Source of the DNA: a virus
Taxonomy: Duplodnaviria; Caudoviricetes
Virus record (IMG/VR): IMGVR_UViG_2934563053_000002
Span: 14,455 to 78,454 of that record
Strand: one strand, 5' to 3'
DNA: 64,000 nucleotides
Shown here: positions 9,056 to 17,729 of the stretch, one piece after another
Layout of the letters: each line of letters opens with the position of its first letter
How positions within the stretch are numbered: the first letter of the stretch is position 1
Translations under genes and position numbers: made by a program
The notes under the pieces: model-generated
The model's input: only the letters and a program-made list of their open reading frames with translations
What the model was told of the DNA's origin: nothing
The model's database searches: none

Positions 9056-10152
9056 CCAGCACCCCGCTCGCCCAGACCCGGGTTGAGCCCAGCCGGGCTC
9101 TCATCCGCGCGCTGCAACACCAGATCGAGCAGCTCGCCGACAGCATCTCCGGCAAAAACGCCCACCGCACCGCAGCCGGCTGGGTGTACATGACCTGCGT
9201 CCACGCCTGGGCCGCCGACCACCACCTCATCGACGGCCGCCTCCACCGCGACGCGCAGCCCGCGCGGCAGCAGTTCCTCACCCAAGGCGGCACCAACCTC
9301 GCCTGGCTCACCTACGCCGTCGCCGACACCGCCGTCCACCCCTGCGCCTGGACACTCCTCGACCCCGCCTACGACAACCCCGTCCGCCACGCCTCACCCA
9401 GCGACACCGCCGCCAGCCGCCTACTCGACTGGTGGGCCGAGGACGCCCCCGCCCTCGCCTACCCCGTCGACACTGGGCCCGGCACGATCACCGGCTGGAT
9501 CCTCGGCGACCTCCTCCAACTCGTCACCGACGAACGCCGTCTCGCCCACGCCCTCGCCCAATCCCCCTGGTGGCTCGCCGACGGCATCCTCGACCGCACC
9601 CTCATCCCCGCCGCCCGCGACTTCCGCGACGAGACGCTCCGCCTGATAGACCCCACCTGCGGCACCGGCCACTTCCTCATACGCGCCATCGACATGCTCT
9701 GGGAGCTGCACACCACCGGCAGTCTCGCCCCGCGGCAGATGCGCATGGACGGCGTCACCAGCTGGACCCCCATACCCCCCGCCGAGGCGGCCCGCCGCAT
9801 CCTCGCCGGCGTCGACGGCATCGAACTCGACCCCATCACGGAGGCGGTGTGTCGCCTGCGCGTCACCGTCTACCTCGCGCACCTGCTGCACGAGGCCGGC
9901 GCCCTGCCCGGACCGCTGCGCCTGGACGCGATACCGCACCGGCTGATGCCCCGGATCAGCGTCGGCGACAGCCTCCTCGCGGGGAAGGTGTCCCGTGCCG
10001 AGTACGCCCGGCTGCGCCCTGCCCAAGCCCGCATCGTCAACCTCGGCACCGACGCACCCGCAGATGGCGAGGCTCCGGACGGGGAGACGGCCCCGATCCC
10101 CGTCGTGCTCCCCCAGGGCACCGAGCGCGAACAACTCGCGCTCTTCTCCTGA
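9052..10152 (+). CDS. PglX (BREX-2)-like N6-adenine methyltransferase N-terminal fragment, lacking catalytic NPPY
   Basis: Motif I LIDPTCGTGHFL, GIELDP, VGDSLL; upstream motifs resemble PglX (WVYMT..ADHHLI, LLDPAYDNP, ILGDLLQ, LAQSPWW..ILDRTL); no NPPY/DPPY. Confidence 0.7.
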   Translation: MTSTPLAQTRVEPSRALIRALQHQIEQLADSISGKNAHRTAAGWVYMTCVHAWAADHHLIDGRLHRDAQPARQQFLTQGGTNLAWLTYAVADTAVHPCAWTLLDPAYDNPVRHASPSDTAASRLLDWWAEDAPALAYPVDTGPGTITGWILGDLLQLVTDERRLAHALAQSPWWLADGILDRTLIPAARDFRDETLRLIDPTCGTGHFLIRAIDMLWELHTTGSLAPRQMRMDGVTSWTPIPPAEAARRILAGVDGIELDPITEAVCRLRVTVYLAHLLHEAGALPGPLRLDAIPHRLMPRISVGDSLLAGKVSRAEYARLRPAQARIVNLGTDAPADGEAPDGETAPIPVVLPQGTEREQLALFS

Positions 10153-10160
10153 CCCCCTCC

Positions 10161-10235
10161 GCCCGAGTCGCGCAACCGGAAGACGCACCCGCCTTAAAAG
10201 CGGACCCAGTGCCGGTTCGAATCCGGCCTCGGGCA
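10161..10235 (+). tRNA. tRNA-Leu, anticodon UAA (decodes TTA; bldA-equivalent), short variable loop, no encoded CCA
   Basis: Acceptor GCCCGAG/CTCGGGC with discriminator A; D arm GCG..GG..CGC; anticodon loop CT-TAA-AA (10193-10199); T arm GCCGG-TTCGAAT-CCGGC. Confidence 0.88.
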
Positions 10236-10263
10236 CAACCCACACGACGCTGAAGGGAACCCG

Positions 10264-10863
10264 ATGAACAACCCCGGCCCGAGCCCCGACTGCGGCGAGG
10301 GATGGGCCTTCGCCCGACGAGTACTCACCGACCCCGCCCGGCAGCGCGAGACGCTCGCCAGCCTCGACCGGGCTCTCGACGGCATCACGCCGACCCCTGT
10401 CCCCGACACCTTCCGCGCCCGCCAAGGAGCAGCCATGACCGACCCCACCGTGACCGACCTGCTGCGCGAGCTGTACGAGTACGCGGGGCACGGCTACCAC
10501 TGCGACAACGTGGCCCCCGAGACAGCCCAGACCTACGAGGAATGGCTGTCCGACACGGCCCACGACCGGCCCGCCGTAGCCGCCGCCAAACAGGCAGCGC
10601 GCGCCCAGCAGCCCCCGCCACCCGGTTCGACCCGCGAGCAGCTCCCCGACCACCTCCTCGCACTCATCGACGTGCCGCCGTACACCAGCACCGCATGTGA
10701 GACGGCCCACGAGTGCGAGCGCGTAGTCGACGTCCACACCGAGCACGCCGAGGAACTCCGGACAGCGGCGGCCGGCCAGCTTCACGACCGGTGCCGCCGT
10801 AACAACAAGTTCACCGGCGTCACCTGCGGCTGCGCCTGCCACCAGGCGAAGGAGCAGCCGTGA
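10264..10863 (+). CDS. Hypothetical protein (alternative start 10435)
   Basis: YTSTAC...CRRNNKFTG..C.C.CH; internal GGAG RBS. Confidence 0.6.
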   Translation: MNNPGPSPDCGEGWAFARRVLTDPARQRETLASLDRALDGITPTPVPDTFRARQGAAMTDPTVTDLLRELYEYAGHGYHCDNVAPETAQTYEEWLSDTAHDRPAVAAAKQAARAQQPPPPGSTREQLPDHLLALIDVPPYTSTACETAHECERVVDVHTEHAEELRTAAAGQLHDRCRRNNKFTGVTCGCACHQAKEQP

Positions 10864-11000
10864 CCCGCGTCTACCGGTGGCTGACCACCCCAGTCGCCGT
10901 GCCCCGCTGGGTACGCATCGGGGTCCTCACCGCATCCGCCTTGCAATGCGCCGCCTGGCTACTCCAAGGGGCGACCTGGGCCCTCGCCCACCTCACCCGC

Positions 11001-11043
11001 TGACCCCCTGCCCGGCCGTTGGGGTCGGCCGGGCAGGGGGTCA
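11001..11043. terminator. Perfect 18-bp hairpin ending the early operon
   Basis: TGACCCCCTGCCCGGCCG-7nt-CGGCCGGGCAGGGGGTCA. Confidence 0.75.
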
Positions 11044-11295
11044 CGGTTCAATAACGGAAGATTTGGCCGTGAGCGCGTGAAAGCGTAGGCAGCCCGTACT
11101 CAGAGCGTAGCCACAACACGCAACAGACCTCAGTTGGCCGAAGCCCTGACGCAGACCACCACGTCGAGCCCGCAGGCGAGCGATATGCTGCTCCTGCTTG
11201 ATCTCCCTCGCACCAACTTGCCGCCCAGCGCTGTAAGTCGGCGGCGGCGAGCCCCCGGCCAACCACCGGGAGGTTCACCGAGGGAGGGAGAGCAC

Positions 11296-11427
11296 ATGGA
11301 CGATGAAGAAATGGGCATGCCGCCGGAGCCGCCGTGGAGCAGCTTCGAGCGGTGGTCGATCATCCTCGCGATGTTAGGCGTGCTCATGGCAACCATCTCC
11401 GTGGTGGCGCAGTTCGCGATGCGGTAA
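11296..11427 (+). CDS. Small single-TM peptide containing a TTA codon
   Basis: GGAGGGAG RBS; 43 aa; hydrophobic WSIILAMLGVLMATISVVA; TTA at 11374; hairpin terminator at about 11515-11551. Confidence 0.6.
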   Translation: MDDEEMGMPPEPPWSSFERWSIILAMLGVLMATISVVAQFAMR

Positions 11428-11697
11428 CCCACCGCACGCCCGGGAGCGACCGACAGCCGCTGCACACGCAGCGAGCCCGGTCTCTTGATAGGCGACCGGG
11501 CCCGTGAACTGCAAGAAGGGCCTGTCCTGGTGCCCGCCAGGCGGGCCCTTCGCCATGCCCAGCGTTCAAGGACTGTGCTACCCGTACTTGCTCGCGAGCA
11601 TGTACCCAGACCATAGCACGGGCATTTGTGGGAATCATGAAAACAGTAAGCGAAAGCCGCAGGTCAGAACCACCGAACATCCCACCGGCTGGGCCGC

Positions 11698-13074
11698 TCA
11701 AGCTGGCAGGTTCCCGGCGAGGTACTCCATCGCGCGCTCATCCAGCTCTGCCGCACACCGCAACCCCCGAGCCCGGAACCGGCCCAAATCCCGCCGCATA
11801 CCCCGCACCGCCTTCACCGTCCGCGCCGACCGCACACCCTCCATGTGATCCAGGGCCTGATGCCACGTCGCGCACGCCTGCTCGATCCCACCCCGCTTGA
11901 GCTGCATCTCCGCACTCGCCACCAGATCGAGCGCCACGATCCGCGCATACGTCCCGGACGGCCGCGCGCCGGCCGCCCGGCCGTACTGCTCAGCCGCCGC
12001 CCGGTGATCGCCCAACGTCTCGTGGACCTTCGCCGCCCGCGAATACACCGACGCAGCCGGCGGCCCCCACGCCATACCCCAGAACGGCACCTCATCGCCA
12101 GGCGCGTCCTCCAGCATGCGACGCGCCCGCTCGGCCTCGACCAGTGCTGTGCGCCGCTGGCCGGACTTCGCCAGCGTGTGGGCGTGGACGATGCGGAACA
12201 GCGCCTCCGTCCGCGAGTCGACCCGCCCCTTGGCCCGGTTCAGTCCCGTCTCCGCCAGCCCAAGACAGTGCTCCGGCCGACGCAACTTCAGCCCCTGCAT
12301 CGCCATCGTCCGCATCACGAACCCGTCATGCCCGACCAGCCCGGACTCCTCGGCGAGCCTGAACGACTGAAGGTAGTACCGCTGCGCAACACCCTGCTGC
12401 CCGGCGTCATACGCCTTCCAGCCCAGCAGATGCACACCACGGGAAGCCGCAGACAGCATCTGCTGGCGCGCCTCCTCAGTGCGGAACCGGGCCCGGCACA
12501 ACGGCGCCACATCGTCCCGCAGATACTGCACGAGCGCCGTCCGACCGTGCTGCCCACCATGCCGCTCGTCCATATCCGAGAACATGCCGATCATGTCGCG
12601 GACCGCGGCGACCTCGACCATGCCGACAACAGTGCCGGAGCGCGCCGCGACCGTGCGCTCCGCGGCGTCTCTCACGGAGGCCAGCGGGAGAGCAGCGGCG
12701 GCCACCGAGTAGGCGGACGATGCGAGGAGGCGGCGTCGGTCCACTTCGTTCCTCCACAGCGGTAGCAGCACATCGATCGGATCGGGCCCCAACGTGAGTC
12801 CGACGTCCTCATCCTCCTCCGGCCAGTCGAGGCCGATATCGGCCGGGGCCAGCAGCCGGCCCAGCAGCCGAGACAAGGCCACCGCCAAGTACCGGGCCGT
12901 CATAGCCGACGGGAGGGTCCCGGCGACCCAGTGCGCGATCGCTGACTTGTTCGTCCGCAGATGGTCCCCGCACTCGGCAGCCACGGCGCGTACCGCGCGA
13001 GCCACCGCATCGTAGGGCAGACCGGACTCCTCAATGACGTCTCTGAGCTGGGTGTTCGGCTTCCGCGTGGTCAT
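11698..13074 (-). CDS. Large Streptomyces-type transcriptional regulator (N-terminal HTH, C-terminal TPR-like helices)
   Basis: RKPNTQL..LRTNKSAIAHW..G..P, DRRRLL, DERHGG, LGWKAYDAG..AQRYY. Confidence 0.85.
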   Translation of the reverse strand: MTTRKPNTQLRDVIEESGLPYDAVARAVRAVAAECGDHLRTNKSAIAHWVAGTLPSAMTARYLAVALSRLLGRLLAPADIGLDWPEEDEDVGLTLGPDPIDVLLPLWRNEVDRRRLLASSAYSVAAAALPLASVRDAAERTVAARSGTVVGMVEVAAVRDMIGMFSDMDERHGGQHGRTALVQYLRDDVAPLCRARFRTEEARQQMLSAASRGVHLLGWKAYDAGQQGVAQRYYLQSFRLAEESGLVGHDGFVMRTMAMQGLKLRRPEHCLGLAETGLNRAKGRVDSRTEALFRIVHAHTLAKSGQRRTALVEAERARRMLEDAPGDEVPFWGMAWGPPAASVYSRAAKVHETLGDHRAAAEQYGRAAGARPSGTYARIVALDLVASAEMQLKRGGIEQACATWHQALDHMEGVRSARTVKAVRGMRRDLGRFRARGLRCAAELDERAMEYLAGNLPA

Positions 13075-13204
13075 GCAGCTCCTGCCGTTAAACCGGATAA
13101 ACCACGTGCCCGCTCGTAACCGTACCCACGGACAGCCCACGGGAGTTCACTGTTCGTCAGGCCCCCGCACCAGCGGGTGGCGCAACCTCAGGGAGGGAAC
13201 ACCC

Positions 13205-13519
13205 ATGACGACCGCGATCACCCCCACCGCGCAAGCGGACCCGCTCGCCCCGCGCCTGCTGCCGGGCGTCGGCGCGCTGTCCCACTCGACTGCCGCCCCC
13301 AGCACGGGGGCAACCCGCCCGTTCGGGCTGACCTGCACCACACCCCTCGCCGGCAACGCCGCCGCCGCGTCCCTCGACGGCCTCACCTACGACCCGCAGC
13401 GCCAGGTCAACGTCCACCACGACGGTGCCCCTCTCTCCAGGGACGACCTGATGCTCCACGCCGGCACGAGCCAGAACACCCAGGCCGACCACCAGTGGTG
13501 GACCGACAAGGACCAGTGA
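13205..13519 (+). CDS. Graspetide (ATP-grasp-modified RiPP) precursor peptide
   Basis: GGGAGGGA RBS; leader motifs RPFG and YDPQRQ; Thr/Ser...Asp core TSQNTQADHQWWTDKDQ; directly upstream of ATP-grasp ligase. Confidence 0.88.
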   Translation: MTTAITPTAQADPLAPRLLPGVGALSHSTAAPSTGATRPFGLTCTTPLAGNAAAASLDGLTYDPQRQVNVHHDGAPLSRDDLMLHAGTSQNTQADHQWWTDKDQ

Positions 13520-13525
13520 TATCCG

Positions 13526-14494
13526 ATGCCTGCTTCTGTCGCGATCATCACCCGTGATCAGGACACAGCCGCCGACCTCGTCGTCCACGAACTACGCAAG
13601 CGCGACGCGGTCATCTACCGGTTCGACCTGGCCGACTTCCCCACCCGGATGACCCAGGCCGCCTACCTGATCCCCGGCCGCGCCCGCTGGACCGGAGCGC
13701 TCAAGGGGCAGCACCGCGACGTGGACCTCTCCGGACTGACAGCCGTCTGGTACCGCAAACCGTCCACCTTCCGGCTGCACCAGGGCATGTCTGCGACAGA
13801 GCAGGAGTGGGCGGCCACCGAAGCCCGAGCCGGCTTCGGTGGCCAGCTCGCCGCCCTCCCAGGCGTCCGCTGGATCAACCACCCGCACCGCAACGCCGAG
13901 GCCGACCACAAGCCGCTCCAGCTCGCCCGCGCCGACGCCTGCGGACTCGCCGTCCCCGAGTCGCTGCTGACCAACGACCCCGACGCAGCCCGCGCGTTCT
14001 GCCACGCGCACCACGACACCGGGGTGATCTACAAACCGCTGCATGGTGGCCCCGCAAACGAGAACGGCCAGCCAGTCGCCCTCTGGGCAACCAGCGTCAC
14101 CGCCGACGACATCACCGACGGAGTGGCCCGCAGCAGCCACCTCTTCCAGGCTCGGATCCCCTGCGCCTACGCGGTCCGACTCACCGTCGTCGGCGAGCAG
14201 ATGTTCGCTGTCCGTATCGACGCCCCCGAGGACTCCGCAGCCGTCGACTGGCGACAGGATCACGACCAGCTCCGCTACACCCCCATCGACGTGCCCGACG
14301 ATGTGGCCGCGGGGACGCGCCAACTCTTGCAGTCCTTCGGCCTCACCTACGCAGCCATCGACTGGGTCGTGACCCCCGACGGCCAGTGGACGTTTATCGG
14401 AGACCTGAACCCGAACGGGCAATGGGGCTGGATCCAGGCGCACACGGGCCTGCCGATCGCCGCTGCCATCGCCGACGAACTCGCCCGGGAGTAG
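13526..14494 (+). CDS. ATP-grasp ribosomal peptide maturase (graspetide synthetase)
   Basis: D.TADLVV, RFDLADFP, AVWYRKP, WINHP..AD.KPLQL, LLTNDP, IYKPL, HLFQ, DWRQD, DLNPNGQWGW. Confidence 0.93.
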   Translation: MPASVAIITRDQDTAADLVVHELRKRDAVIYRFDLADFPTRMTQAAYLIPGRARWTGALKGQHRDVDLSGLTAVWYRKPSTFRLHQGMSATEQEWAATEARAGFGGQLAALPGVRWINHPHRNAEADHKPLQLARADACGLAVPESLLTNDPDAARAFCHAHHDTGVIYKPLHGGPANENGQPVALWATSVTADDITDGVARSSHLFQARIPCAYAVRLTVVGEQMFAVRIDAPEDSAAVDWRQDHDQLRYTPIDVPDDVAAGTRQLLQSFGLTYAAIDWVVTPDGQWTFIGDLNPNGQWGWIQAHTGLPIAAAIADELARE

Positions 14495-14496
14495 CC

Positions 14497-15621
14497 GTGA
14501 CCATCGCCGCCGACCACTCCGAACAGTTGCGTCACCGCCTCGTCGACCAGCTCGTCGACCGCGGATACCTGCACGACTCCCGCTGGATTGCTGCGTTCCG
14601 CGCGGTACCGCGGGAAGCGTTCGTGACGCGATACAAGGTGCTCTCACCGGACGGCACCCACCAACACCACGACCTCGCCGACCCCGAACACCTCGACGAC
14701 GCCTTGGCCGTCGCGTACTCCGACGCGCCCCTCATCACGCAGACCGACGCGTGTGGCACGCCGACGTCGTCGAGTACGGCCCCCAGTCTGATGGCGCTCA
14801 TGCTCGAAGCCCTCCAGGCGGAGCCCGGCATGAGGGTGCTGGAGATCGGTACTGGTACCGGCTACAACGCGGCGTTGCTCTCACACGCTCTCGGGGCCGA
14901 GGCGGTCACCACAGTCGACATCGACCCAGCCCTCACAGCCGCGGCGGAGGAGGCGCTGCACCGAGTCGGCTACCGCCCAACGGTGGCCGGCCGAGTTGCA
15001 GGCCACCGGGAGCGGGGGCCGTATGACCGGCTGATCGCCACATGCGGAGTCGCACGAGTCCCCACGGCTTGGCTGGAGCAGTTGCGGCCCGGCGGTTTGG
15101 TCCTGGTTAACATCGGGTTCGGTCTCGTGCGCCTCACGGTCGGGGCCGACGGCACGGCGACCGGCAGGTTCCTGGACTACGCCAGCTTCATGCAGGCCCG
15201 CGAGGACACCGCCACCCAGGCGGCCACCGCTCGTGACGCACTCGCCCTCACCGACCGCTCCGCGCCCCGCACCGACGCTGTGTTCCCGGATTGCCTCGAC
15301 GAGCGGCCGTTCGTGTTCCTGCGCTCGGTGATGATGCCGGGCGTCCACCAGGTCGTCGAACATCTTCCGGACGGGCCGGAGTACGTCCTCGCGGATCACG
15401 CCAGCGGTTCATGGACACGGGCCCGACGGTGTGGCAGGGGCGCCGCTGTCGCTCAGGGCGGGCCGCGTCGGCTGTGGGATGAGCTGTGCAAGGTGGCCGC
15501 TTCCTGGAGTGCGCATCACCGGCCGCCGTTGTCTTCGTATGGACTGACCGTGTATCCGGACGGACGGCATGTGCTCTGGCTTGGCAGCCCAGATGGGCCG
15601 TCCTGGCCGCTGTCTGGCTGA
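14497..15621 (+). CDS. PIMT-like protein L-isoaspartyl O-methyltransferase of graspetide cluster
   Basis: AFRAVPRE.F, SSSTAPSLM..ML, VLEIGTGTGYNAALL, YDRLIATC, C-terminal QGGPRRLWD..YGLTV. Confidence 0.9.
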   Translation: MTIAADHSEQLRHRLVDQLVDRGYLHDSRWIAAFRAVPREAFVTRYKVLSPDGTHQHHDLADPEHLDDALAVAYSDAPLITQTDACGTPTSSSTAPSLMALMLEALQAEPGMRVLEIGTGTGYNAALLSHALGAEAVTTVDIDPALTAAAEEALHRVGYRPTVAGRVAGHRERGPYDRLIATCGVARVPTAWLEQLRPGGLVLVNIGFGLVRLTVGADGTATGRFLDYASFMQAREDTATQAATARDALALTDRSAPRTDAVFPDCLDERPFVFLRSVMMPGVHQVVEHLPDGPEYVLADHASGSWTRARRCGRGAAVAQGGPRRLWDELCKVAASWSAHHRPPLSSYGLTVYPDGRHVLWLGSPDGPSWPLSG

Positions 15622-15685
15622 CCGCATACGACGACGCCCCGCCCAACCGGGCGGGGCGCTCACACGTGGCGCGGGACGAGCGCGG

Positions 15686-15958
15686 TCACACGGCGGACGC
15701 CAACTGCTCCCACATCCACGGCGTGTGGGTGGTGTGGCGCCGCTGGCGTCCGCAGGTGCGACAGTGCGTCGGTCGCCAGCGCGCCTGCGGGGTGAAGGTG
15801 TGGAGCGGCTTGAGCCAGTGGCCTTCGGCTTGCAGGTGGTCGCCCCGGTGCTGGCCGCAGCGGTCGCAGATCCAGTAGCCGTCCGAGCCGTCTGGCTGGA
15901 CCGGGCCTTCACGGAACCAGTGGTCCGTGACCAACGGCCGGGCAGTCACGGCCGCCAC
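15686..15958 (-). CDS. Small Cys/His-rich protein
   Basis: CDRCGQH, CRTCG..H motifs. Confidence 0.5.
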   Translation of the reverse strand: MAAVTARPLVTDHWFREGPVQPDGSDGYWICDRCGQHRGDHLQAEGHWLKPLHTFTPQARWRPTHCRTCGRQRRHTTHTPWMWEQLASAV

Positions 15959-16356
15959 TCCTCGTAGTAGTCGGGGTGGTCCGCGTAAGCGGAGGCCAGA
16001 TCGCGGCAGGCGTCCCAGTAGGCGGCGCGAAGCGAGCTGAGGGACCGGGCGGGCTCCTTTTCCGCCTCGAACGTCTCACGGTCAAGCTGCATGTGTTCCT
16101 CGCACTTGCTCACGATTCGCCGCTTGGCGTCGACCTCGGCGAGGACCCGGGCCGGATCATGCCGGGCGATGTGGGTGGCGGCATAGGGCCAAGTGCGGCG
16201 GACGACACCCACGCCACTCGCTGCGCGGACCTCGCTACCGTCGGAGTCGGTCACGTTCCACGAAGCCCCGTGAGGTTCACGCGTGGCAGCGTGTTTCGCG
16301 GCCTGTGCGTCTTCGTCGAGCCGCTCCCGCAGGAACGCCACCAGGTCAACCGTCAT
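15946..16356 (-). CDS. DUF6221 family protein
   Basis: DLVAFLRERLDED...HIARHDPARVLAEVDAKRRI...LA..YADHPDY.EEWRP. Confidence 0.85.
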   Translation of the reverse strand: MTVDLVAFLRERLDEDAQAAKHAATREPHGASWNVTDSDGSEVRAASGVGVVRRTWPYAATHIARHDPARVLAEVDAKRRIVSKCEEHMQLDRETFEAEKEPARSLSSLRAAYWDACRDLASAYADHPDYYEEWRP

Positions 16357-16490
16357 CGGGCACCGCTCTCGTCATAGGAGGGGACGATCTCGCCGTCATC
16401 GCAGCACTCGGCGGTCTCGTCCTGGACTTCCTCACCGCACGAGTTGCACCACCAGTAGACCGGCTCCAGCTCCTCGCAGTCAGCCGTCAT
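16353..16490 (-). CDS. Small acidic Cys-rich protein (45 aa, below ORF-track cutoff)
   Basis: Manual translation MTADCEELEPVYWWCNSCGEEVQDETAECCDDGE...; overlaps both neighbours. Confidence 0.6.
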   Translation of the reverse strand: MTADCEELEPVYWWCNSCGEEVQDETAECCDDGEIVPSYDESGAR

Positions 16491-16803
16491 CCCGCTGCTC
16501 CTCTGCTTGACCCATGCGCGCGGGCCGATCCTTCCAGGCGCCGGAGTGGCCCCGCACGATGTCTTGCACCACGCCGGCCGACATGCCCAACCGCTCTGCG
16601 ATCTTCCTGATGGGGACAGGGGGAGTCTCGGCCCGCATCTCCAGCACCAGTTCGCGACGCTCCTTGTGCCACTCCTTGGTCTTCTTCGCCTGAAGTGCCA
16701 GCACCTGGTTGCGGGCGCGCACCCGCGCCTCTCGGTCCGGGATGCGGTCGACCTCGTTCAGGGCGTCTGACACCCGTTCTACCTCCTCGTCCGCGCCGTT
16801 CAC
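16480..16803 (-). CDS. Small HTH repressor
   Basis: GAGGAG RBS; PIRKIAERLGMSAGVVQDI; divergent from palindromic operator. Confidence 0.75.
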   Translation of the reverse strand: MNGADEEVERVSDALNEVDRIPDREARVRARNQVLALQAKKTKEWHKERRELVLEMRAETPPVPIRKIAERLGMSAGVVQDIVRGHSGAWKDRPARMGQAEEQRDDG

Positions 16804-16848
16804 GCCCGCTCCTCTCCGGGGTCCGGGAGGCGGTCCGCTCCGACTCGC

Positions 16849-16887
16849 TTGTATGGAGACCATACGCGGTGTACGGTCTCCATACAA
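16849..16887. promoter_or_regulatory. Palindromic operator pair
   Basis: TTGTATGGAGACC-13nt-GGTCTCCATACAA perfect inverted repeat in divergent intergenic region. Confidence 0.75.
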
Positions 16888-16992
16888 CGGAAGAGGGTTC
16901 CGCTCTCCATCCGTATGCACAACGGCCCCGGCCGGGCTCTCACACACCGGCCGGGGCCAGCCATCCACCTGCTCTGAACAGGACGGACAGCC

Positions 16993-17295
16993 ATGCCGGA
17001 TGCTATCGGCACCACCCAGCCCCCCGACAGTCCGACGCAACGCGTCGTCCAACTCCTCACCGCCACCCTCACCGGACTCGACGGCACGATCAGCCGCGCC
17101 GGTGGGCCCGGCGTCCTCGACGTGCCGCTGCTCCTCGGACTCCACGCCCGCCGTATCCACGGCAGCAACGGACCCGCCGTGAGCGACGACGTGGAGGCCG
17201 CCCTCCGCGTGATCGGCAACCCGCACGAGCCGACCAGCCCGCGCCTGCTGCGGCGCCGCATCCAGATCGCCCTCGACGAGGGAGTGACGCTGTGA
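16993..17295 (+). CDS. Hypothetical protein, first gene of spread-like operon
   Basis: AGGA RBS; MPDAIGTTQPP start; followed by coupled small ORFs 17292-17453 and 17453-17653. Confidence 0.6.
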   Translation: MPDAIGTTQPPDSPTQRVVQLLTATLTGLDGTISRAGGPGVLDVPLLLGLHARRIHGSNGPAVSDDVEAALRVIGNPHEPTSPRLLRRRIQIALDEGVTL

Positions 17296-17452
17296 GCCCG
17301 CTCGCCTGGAACACGCCGCCCGCCGCGCCGATCCGCGAGGACCGCATCGCCGCCGAGCCGGCCACCCTGGACCGCTGCCGCGAGGACTACACCGGCACCA
17401 CCGACGCCCGCCGCCGAGACGAGACGTCCACCGCGGAAGGGCAGGCCGCCTG

Positions 17453-17653
17453 ATGGCCCTCTTCCGCAGCGACCGCGAACTCGCCGACACCAAGTACAGC
17501 GGCAAGCAGTCCGCCTCCGACCGGGCCTCCGCCAAGCGGCGCGCCGACCACCGCAAGCCCGGCGGCAGCGCCGACCGTGCGCTCCGCGCCGGCCAGGACT
17601 GGGACGACGCCCAGCGGCACGCCGACATCCGCCGCAACCGCTGGCGCAGCTAA
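17453..17653 (+). CDS. Small basic protein
   Basis: TGATG overlap; SASDRA..RR..H...A.RAGQDW; hairpin follows. Confidence 0.6.
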   Translation: MALFRSDRELADTKYSGKQSASDRASAKRRADHRKPGGSADRALRAGQDWDDAQRHADIRRNRWRS

Positions 17654-17729
17654 CCCCCGAACCGGCCGGGCCCGCCTACCACCCCCAAGGCGGGCCCGGC
17701 CACTCCGACGACCACCAGAGGAGCACCAC

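Noticed and set aside
9052-10152. Functional restriction-modification or BREX defence system
   Set aside because: No catalytic motif IV and no partner restriction or pgl/brx genes
10161-10235. tRNA as prophage attachment site
   Set aside because: Embedded in the early operon with phage genes on both sides; no duplicated 3' fragment noticed near the integrase
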